Positions 20,891 to 26,886 of a stretch of DNA of 26,886 bases are shown in pieces. Source of the stretch: an uncultured archaeon (GTDB taxonomy: Archaea > Asgardarchaeota > Lokiarchaeia > Sigyniarchaeales > SOKP01); contig CAYUTF010000042.1 in NCBI GenBank assembly GCA_964447495.1, positions 1 to 26,886 of the forward strand. Direction: 5' to 3'. The notes under the pieces are model-generated. The model had not been told where the DNA came from, made no database searches, and worked only from the letters and a program-made list of their open reading frames with translations. The position numbers and the translations under genes were made by a program. Position 1 is the stretch's first letter. The number at the start of each line of letters is the position of its first letter.

Positions 20891-22357
20891 ATGATTGCTC
20901 TTGACTTTAGTATTATCATCGGATTAGAGGTCCATATTCAACTTACCAACCTTCAAACGAAACTTTTTTGTAGTTGTAATAATGATTACCGAGGAGCAGA
21001 GCCAAATACTCACGTCTGCCCAATCTGTTTAAGTCTGCCTGGAACTCTCCCCGTTATTAATAAGAATGCTATTGAATTCGCAACGAAGTTAGGATTAGCG
21101 CTGAATTGTACAATAAATCATAAATTTTGGTTTTATAGGAAGAATTATTTTTACCCTGACCTCCCAAAAGGATTCCAAATCAGCCAATACAATAAAGCAG
21201 GAGGAAAAGCTTTTGGGGATGGAGGAGAGATAATAATACGAAAAAATAATCATAAAAAAAAAATCCTACTAAATAGAATTCATCTTGAGGAGGATCCTGG
21301 AAGATTAGTACATAAAGGGAGCATCGCAACTTCACCATATACTCTAGTAGACTATAATAGATCAGGTGTATGTTTAATTGAGATTGTGACTGAACCAGTA
21401 ATTTCATCTCCAGAAGAAGCTCGAGAATTTCTCAAGCAATTGAAATCAATTATTCAATATATTGGAATATCCGATTTAGAACTTGAAGGTTCCGTAAGAG
21501 TTGATGCAAATATATCAATAAAAGGTCACGAACGTTCAGAAGTAAAAAATATTAATAGTTTCAAAGAAGTCGAAAGAGCATTAAGACATGAGATAATTCG
21601 TCAAAAAAATCTACTTAAAAGAGGTAAGAATTTAACACAAGAAACAAGACATTGGGATGATAAAAGGCGAGTAACGATATCATTAAGAACGAAAGAATTT
21701 GAGGCGGACTATCGTTATTTTCCCGAGCAGGATTTAGTTCCCATAGAAATTGAAGATAAATTTATACAAGACATCAAAAAAGCTTTACCAGAGATGCCAA
21801 ATGAGAGAGCTATACGCCTTCGTAGAGAATACATGTTATCTGAATTTGATTCCGAAAACTTAGTTCTTGATAAACTTATAGCTGATTTTTATGAGGAGGG
21901 CGTAAATATAGACCCTTCTTTTGGATTAGATGAATATAAACAATATTGCAATTGGTTAATGAACAGTGTCTCTGGTTGGCTAAACGATAAAAATACAAAT
22001 TTAGAACACACGAAATTAACACCTCGGCATCTTGTTGAACTTATTAATTTCATAAAAGAAGGAAAAATAACAACAAAAATAGCTAAATCCTTTATGGAAG
22101 ATATGATGAAAGGAAATTCTGTAAGTGAGATTATGAAATGGAGAGGAAAAACGCGCATTTCAGATGAGACATTACTTAAAAGATATTCTATCGAGGTAAT
22201 TAAGGATAATCCTACGATTGTTAAAGATTGTCGGGGAAATATAAGGGCGATTGAAGCCTTAATAGGTAAAATAATGAGTAAGACGAAAGGTCAAGCGGAT
22301 CCTGAAATTACCAGAATGATTATGTTGGATATTTTACGTAAGAAAAATATTATCTAA
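20891..22357 (+). CDS. gatB: Asp/Glu-tRNA amidotransferase subunit B
   Basis: IGLEVHIQL, RKNYFYPDLPKGFQISQY, HLEEDPG, DYNRSG, RVDANIS, DYRYFPE and a YqeY-like tail. Starts 1 nt after the gatA stop. Confidence 0.96.
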   Translation: MIALDFSIIIGLEVHIQLTNLQTKLFCSCNNDYRGAEPNTHVCPICLSLPGTLPVINKNAIEFATKLGLALNCTINHKFWFYRKNYFYPDLPKGFQISQYNKAGGKAFGDGGEIIIRKNNHKKKILLNRIHLEEDPGRLVHKGSIATSPYTLVDYNRSGVCLIEIVTEPVISSPEEAREFLKQLKSIIQYIGISDLELEGSVRVDANISIKGHERSEVKNINSFKEVERALRHEIIRQKNLLKRGKNLTQETRHWDDKRRVTISLRTKEFEADYRYFPEQDLVPIEIEDKFIQDIKKALPEMPNERAIRLRREYMLSEFDSENLVLDKLIADFYEEGVNIDPSFGLDEYKQYCNWLMNSVSGWLNDKNTNLEHTKLTPRHLVELINFIKEGKITTKIAKSFMEDMMKGNSVSEIMKWRGKTRISDETLLKRYSIEVIKDNPTIVKDCRGNIRAIEALIGKIMSKTKGQADPEITRMIMLDILRKKNII

Positions 22358-22386
22358 TTCTCAACTATTTTAATGGACTTAAGTAT

Positions 22387-22402
22387 AAAAAAAGAGAAAA
22401 AA
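22387..22402 (-). terminator. T-rich terminator candidate
   Basis: TTTTTTCTCTTTTTTT on the minus strand, 8 nt after the Roadblock stop codon. Confidence 0.4.
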
Positions 22403-22410
22403 CTGTTATG

Positions 22411-22773
22411 CTACATCATTTTTTTTAGAGCATCTGTTGCTGCTCCTAATTTTAGATTTATAATTCCTAGCTTAGCATCAACAGTTGTTATAATTACAAG
22501 AATATTTTCGTTAATTTCTGAAAATAGAATTTTACCTTTTGCACTTTCTATTATTGCGTTATAAAACTGACCTTGTTCAAGTTCCTTTGTTGCTCTTTGA
22601 GATGCTTTTAATATAAGGGTTACCATAGCTGCTACTGCCTCGGGATCTACCCATCCGGGCAAAGCACTTCCCCTAATCAATCCAAATTTTTCTATAAGAG
22701 CTGCGCCATGAACTCCTTTTATTGCTTTTAAACTTTCGAGGATATTACCTATTTGATCACTCATGTGGCTCAT
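22411..22773 (-). CDS. Roadblock/LC7 (MglB/LAMTOR2-like) domain protein
   Basis: LESLKAIKGVHGAALIEKFGLI...DPEAVAAM...ELEQG...IIESAKGKI...LVIIT...KLGII is the canonical Roadblock pattern; 120 aa. Confidence 0.9.
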   Translation of the reverse strand: MSHMSDQIGNILESLKAIKGVHGAALIEKFGLIRGSALPGWVDPEAVAAMVTLILKASQRATKELEQGQFYNAIIESAKGKILFSEINENILVIITTVDAKLGIINLKLGAATDALKKMM

Positions 22774-22929
22774 CTCATCTACTTTTAGATTAAATCACTT
22801 ACTTTTTTCTTAATTAATAATATATTTCAATAAATAATCTTATGATATTATAATAGATAATTAAGATTTAAAAATATTTAAGTATCAAAATATCAAATTT
22901 AAAAACCAATAACAATCTAAGGCAATTTT

Positions 22930-24075
22930 ATGGTTCATATTATTTATCGTCATTACCAAAAAACAGATGACCAACAATTATCTGATCTTTTTAATAGAGC
23001 TTTTCAAATGAACGGGGGAGGATTCGTAAGAACTCCAAAAGGATTAAATTGGAGATATGTGCAATCTCCAAATTTCGAACCTGAAATGATCCAAATCGCT
23101 GAAGATTTCGATGAAAAGAAAATTGTAGGGGCGGTATACGTGAATCTGATAGAAACTGTGAGTCTAAATGGAAATTTATACCTAATTGGAGATATTAATG
23201 ATGTAACCTGTTTACCAGAATATACAAAGAAAGGAATCTCAACATATTTAATGCATAAGGCAATTGATTATATGAAAAGGAAAAATTGCGATCTCTCAAT
23301 TCTTACAGCAGATTTTAAAGGCTTTCCTAGAGAAAAGATTTATCTTAAATTAGGATATAGAGATATTGATCGTGGATATATATCATTTGGTTTCTCGAAA
23401 CCTAGAAAACTGATAAAAGATCTTCCCGTTTTTATTGCACTTTCTCCTATCTTCTTATGTTATTCTTACTTGCCTCGACTTATTAACTTATTATTACTCA
23501 AGTTTAATTCATCCCTTAGAGACTATAGCTATAAAATTTTTCATAATAATAACCATTATCGTTATAGAGAAGCTGCAAATAAAATCCTTTCTAAATATTA
23601 TAACGGTTATCCTCTTTATTCTGAAAAGCGAGTAGATTGGGCTAGAGTCAACGTACCAGCTAAGCGACATTCACCTACATATGTTTTAATTAATGAAAAG
23701 GATGAAATAATCGGAGGAGCATCCATTACACATAAGAATATATATGCATTCAAGTATGGTATAAAAATTCGAGTTGGCATACTTCATGAAATCTTTTTGG
23801 AAAAGGATAGATTTAGAACAAAAAAAGAGCTCAATGCAGGATATAAATATTTAATTGATAAAATTATAATCGCTGCTAGAGATAGAAATATTGGTGGAAT
23901 TTTCTATAACGGTAGTATTGAAGATAAAGATTTAAATAGAAGTTTACGACAATTTTGTTTTTTAAATTTCAAATCAGGTGCGATTATGATTAAAAAATTA
24001 AAAAAGATTCTGAAACCACTAAAAAATAATCAACCCTTATTTGTTCCTACCTATGTTTCATTAGGATTTCCATAA
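22930..24075 (+). CDS. GNAT-family N-acetyltransferase, probably tandem GNAT domains
   Basis: N-terminal IYRHYQKTD...LFNRAF...WRY; motif A INDVTCLPEYTKKGISTYLM; IYLKLGY. The second half is a degenerate GNAT-like region. Confidence 0.85.
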   Translation: MVHIIYRHYQKTDDQQLSDLFNRAFQMNGGGFVRTPKGLNWRYVQSPNFEPEMIQIAEDFDEKKIVGAVYVNLIETVSLNGNLYLIGDINDVTCLPEYTKKGISTYLMHKAIDYMKRKNCDLSILTADFKGFPREKIYLKLGYRDIDRGYISFGFSKPRKLIKDLPVFIALSPIFLCYSYLPRLINLLLLKFNSSLRDYSYKIFHNNNHYRYREAANKILSKYYNGYPLYSEKRVDWARVNVPAKRHSPTYVLINEKDEIIGGASITHKNIYAFKYGIKIRVGILHEIFLEKDRFRTKKELNAGYKYLIDKIIIAARDRNIGGIFYNGSIEDKDLNRSLRQFCFLNFKSGAIMIKKLKKILKPLKNNQPLFVPTYVSLGFP

Positions 24076-24191
24076 ATTAGAAACATTGATGGGATTCCCT
24101 TGCTAATGTCTCCATCAAAAATCGGACTCTTTAAGAGATTTATATCGTCTTTAATTTCCTTATTTGAAATTAAAAAAAATAGGAGATATAT

Positions 24192-24476
24192 ATGAGTAAA
24201 ATAATTAAATGGGAATATAATGATTTTTTTCAAGATAGAAGACATAAATTAATAGATATATTGTTAAGTGAAGTAATTTTTCTCAGGACTCATTATCAAA
24301 AATCAATTAGCTCTTTAGAAAAGAACCACATCCAGGAGGCACTAGAAAAACTTGAATATTTATTGGAAATTTTGAACAATAATGAAAGCTGCTTATCTGA
24401 GGATGATTTTGATAAAATCGTTAATTTCATTTATCAAATCTTTAAAAATATTGCTAAAAAATTAGAAGTCTTATAA
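24192..24476 (+). CDS. Hypothetical small helical protein
   Basis: 94-aa ORF with SD-like AGGAGA upstream and amphipathic helices. No motif recognised. Confidence 0.65.
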   Translation: MSKIIKWEYNDFFQDRRHKLIDILLSEVIFLRTHYQKSISSLEKNHIQEALEKLEYLLEILNNNESCLSEDDFDKIVNFIYQIFKNIAKKLEVL

Positions 24477-24484
24477 TATCAATT

Positions 24485-24500
24485 AAAAAAAATAAAAAAA
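24485..24500 (-). terminator. T-rich terminator candidate
   Basis: TTTTTTTATTTTTTTT on the minus strand, 5 nt after the SDR stop codon. Confidence 0.4.
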
Positions 24501-24505
24501 GATAA

Positions 24506-25450
24506 TTACATCTTAATTAAAGAACCAATCGAATCCATTAAGGTCTCTTTTCTCGGTAAGCCTTTTAAAAGCTCATTTTTAACTCTTTCTGCTAAGATTT
24601 CTGGTGTGAATGGTTTTCCAGCATTATCTATTTGATTAAAAGTATGCCATCCTTGAAATACATACACACGATCTCCTACAACTCTAAAAACTTCGCCATT
24701 AATCTTTTTTGCGTCATCGGATGCTAAGTATACCACCATAGGAGCCACATTTGCTGGATTGAATACATCGAAACCACTCTCATCTAATTTATTCATAACG
24801 TCCACCATTGTAGGGGTAGCATCGGTCGTTAATCTGGTTCTAGCGACGGGTACTACACAATTTACAGTGGCATATTTTTTTAATTCCATTGCTGCTATAA
24901 CAGTAAAAGCTGCGATACCTGCTTTAGCAGCACCATAATTGGTTTGTCCCATATTTCCTAAAAGCCCTGCATCACTAGAAGTATTAATGATTCTACCGAA
25001 ATTTTTTAATTTAGGATCTTCCTTTCCTACTTTTCTAAAATACTCTGCTGCATGACGTGTTAAATTAAATGTTCCTTTTAAATGCACAGCAACTACACCG
25101 TCAAATTCTTCTTCAGTCATATTAAATAACATTCGATCACGAAGAATTCCAGCATTATTTACCACGATGTCTAAATGTCCAAATTCATCTACAGCTTGTT
25201 GAATCATTCCTTTAGCATTGCTAAAAGCGGTTACAGAATCATAATTACCGACGGCCTTGACACCCAATTTTTCACATTCCTTTGCCACTTCATCAGCTAC
25301 TTTAGATTCTGCACCTGTACCATCAAAACTAGCGCCTAAATCATTAATAACTAAATTACAACCTTGTTTTGCCATAGCTAAAGCTTCTTCACGTCCTAAA
25401 CCTCGACCCGCCCCGGTTATAAGGGCAACTTTGCCATCTAACATTCCCAT
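24506..25450 (-). CDS. Short-chain dehydrogenase/reductase, (3R)-hydroxyacyl-CoA dehydrogenase (MFE-2-like) subfamily
   Basis: TGAGRGLG, VINDLG, NNAGILRDR, VHLKG, NTSS, catalytic NYGAAK and VAPMVVYLAS. Confidence 0.92.
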   Translation of the reverse strand: MGMLDGKVALITGAGRGLGREEALAMAKQGCNLVINDLGASFDGTGAESKVADEVAKECEKLGVKAVGNYDSVTAFSNAKGMIQQAVDEFGHLDIVVNNAGILRDRMLFNMTEEEFDGVVAVHLKGTFNLTRHAAEYFRKVGKEDPKLKNFGRIINTSSDAGLLGNMGQTNYGAAKAGIAAFTVIAAMELKKYATVNCVVPVARTRLTTDATPTMVDVMNKLDESGFDVFNPANVAPMVVYLASDDAKKINGEVFRVVGDRVYVFQGWHTFNQIDNAGKPFTPEILAERVKNELLKGLPRKETLMDSIGSLIKM

Positions 25451-25586
25451 TTATAATCACTTATTTATTTTTTATTTACTTATCATTTTAAATAGAGATA
25501 ATTAAAAACGATTTTTAAACTTAAAAAATTTTTATAATTTAATAGTATGTAAGAAATATATTTTAAGTTTTAACTTGTAGAAAATA

Positions 25587-26084
25587 ATGATAATAATTAC
25601 TCATCTTTTAGCCGGAATTCTTATTCAAATTTTAAGTTTTAAATTTTTTGTATTTCCAATTAATTTTTTATTCACAATTCTTTTTGCGTTTCTTTCTCAT
25701 TTTATTCTTGATGCTTTTGTTAATATAACATATCACACTCCTGATCCTCAAAAGGAAGATAAATTTTGGCTATTTTGGAGAATATTTGACTATAGCGGGA
25801 CGGCTATAATTTCTATTATCTTTTTTTTCCCTTATGTTTTAGGAATGGTATTTGCCAATATGATGGATATTGTAGATTGGGTAATACTGAGACCTATATA
25901 TAGAAAAAAGGTAGGTCAAGAAGAGTTTGATTGGAATAAAGATTTTGTATTCCATGAATTAATAACAAAATTCAGAGAAAAAGTACTTTTTTGGCTTCCA
26001 AACTGGAGATTTAAGAAGTATGGGATTATACCAGAGTTAATTATTATTTTAGGCTTTTTAATATTTATAATAATCTTATTATAG
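25587..26084 (+). CDS. Membrane protein, putative metal-dependent hydrolase (YdjM-like), tandem paralog 1
   Basis: Several hydrophobic helices; THLLAG, FLSHFILD, YH, MDIVD and FHE are potential metal ligands. Confidence 0.75.
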   Translation: MIIITHLLAGILIQILSFKFFVFPINFLFTILFAFLSHFILDAFVNITYHTPDPQKEDKFWLFWRIFDYSGTAIISIIFFFPYVLGMVFANMMDIVDWVILRPIYRKKVGQEEFDWNKDFVFHELITKFREKVLFWLPNWRFKKYGIIPELIIILGFLIFIIILL

Positions 26085-26124
26085 GTTTTATTTTTAATAA
26101 ATTAAATTAAAGAAGGAAAGATTT

Positions 26125-26628
26125 TTGGAAACAATTACGCATAATGTAGTGGCGGTGTATGTAGAAATACTTTCTTTTAAGTTTTTATTATTTCCATTTA
26201 ATATTATAATAACAATCATATTAGCATTTAGTTCTCATATTTTAGTTGATACATTCAATATAATCACCTATCATACACCTGAAGCTCATAAAGATGATAA
26301 ATTTTGGGTTATCTGGCATATTATCATATATACTCTTTCTGGAGTTTCAATTATTATCTTTATCATTCCTTTTTTTCTAGCAGTATTTTTTTCCAATTTG
26401 ATGGATCTTTGGGATTGGGTAATTATAAGGCCAATAAAAAGAAAAAGGAAAAAGGAGAATCCCGAGAGCGATTGGGGTCAACACCTATATATGCATGTGA
26501 CTGTTGATTGGCTTTGCAAAAATGTATTTTTCTGGTTGCCTCGCAGAAATTATAAAAAAAAAGGTATAGTAATTGAAATAGTTGTAATAGTAATTTTCAC
26601 CCTTTTGATCTTTTTACAATATATCTAA
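26125..26628 (+). CDS. Membrane protein, putative metal-dependent hydrolase, tandem paralog 2
   Basis: TTG start after a purine-rich stretch; THNVVA, FSSHILVD, ITYHTP, DKFW, MDLWDWVIIRPI and FWLP mirror the upstream paralog. Confidence 0.75.
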   Translation: METITHNVVAVYVEILSFKFLLFPFNIIITIILAFSSHILVDTFNIITYHTPEAHKDDKFWVIWHIIIYTLSGVSIIIFIIPFFLAVFFSNLMDLWDWVIIRPIKRKRKKENPESDWGQHLYMHVTVDWLCKNVFFWLPRRNYKKKGIVIEIVVIVIFTLLIFLQYI

Positions 26629-26886
26629 GAGTTCAAAGTCAAATAAATTTTTAAAGTGGAAAAGATGACTTCGACATGAACAATCAGATGAGCCAAAATT
26701 CAGGATTGATGCGTCTGCCTTCTTTAGGATTTCCTCTGCTAATATACACTCATATCTCTCTTCTGATGGCAAGATAAAGAGTTTGATTATATATGTATTG
26801 ATGCATCCCAAAAAGTAATCAATATGCCAATGCTTCTTCTTTTGATTATTAGGAAGCAAATGTCTCTTTATGCGATTAATTAAAGA
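26614..26886 (-). CDS. DUF123/Uri-superfamily GIY-YIG endonuclease (partial; 5' end lies beyond the window)
   Basis: The frame is open to the window edge: SLINRIKRHL...KKKHWHIDYFL...ECILAE...FGSSDCSCRSHLF, characteristic of DUF123. Overlaps the convergent gene by 15 nt. Confidence 0.88.
   Translation of the reverse strand, partial: SLINRIKRHLLPNNQKKKHWHIDYFLGCINTYIIKLFILPSEERYECILAEEILKKADASILNFGSSDCSCRSHLFHFKNLFDFELLDIL

Noticed and set aside
24083-24120. Resemblance to a fluoride (crcB) riboswitch (GATGG...GCTAATG...CTCC)
   Set aside because: It lacks the P1 stem and the AAYYGC/P2 element, and no fluoride-related gene lies downstream. Kept only as a generic hairpin.

Overview
AT-rich (roughly 28-30% GC by eye), gene-dense archaeal chromosomal segment. 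It is most likely from an Asgard archaeon (Lokiarchaeia-like); this is an inference from the mix of archaeal-type AsnRS, pyruvoyl arginine decarboxylase, deoxyhypusine synthase-like protein, CofE, a Roadblock/LC7 protein, bacterial-type gyrase and oligo-T terminators. There are about 26 credible CDSs. Most are housekeeping or metabolic: gyrB-gyrA, folP, cofE, an MgtA-type P-type ATPase, dys-like/pdaD, asnS-gatA-gatB, an SDR, a GNAT and several hydrolases. I saw no rRNA, tRNA, CRISPR array or transposase. The most notable items are: (1) a cytoplasmic IFT52-like GIFT-domain protein fused to a C-terminal ribbon-helix-helix, co-oriented with a YfcE/Vps29-fold phosphoesterase; (2) asnS directly upstream of gatAB with no gatC; (3) a gyrase with non-canonical residues at three quinolone-related positions; (4) folP near cofE, a possible FolC substitute; (5) a DHS-like gene divergent from arginine decarboxylase; (6) a truncated, apparently catalytically dead GIY-YIG mini-protein; (7) an AIF-like flavoprotein. 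All family assignments come from motif recognition by eye, not database searches.
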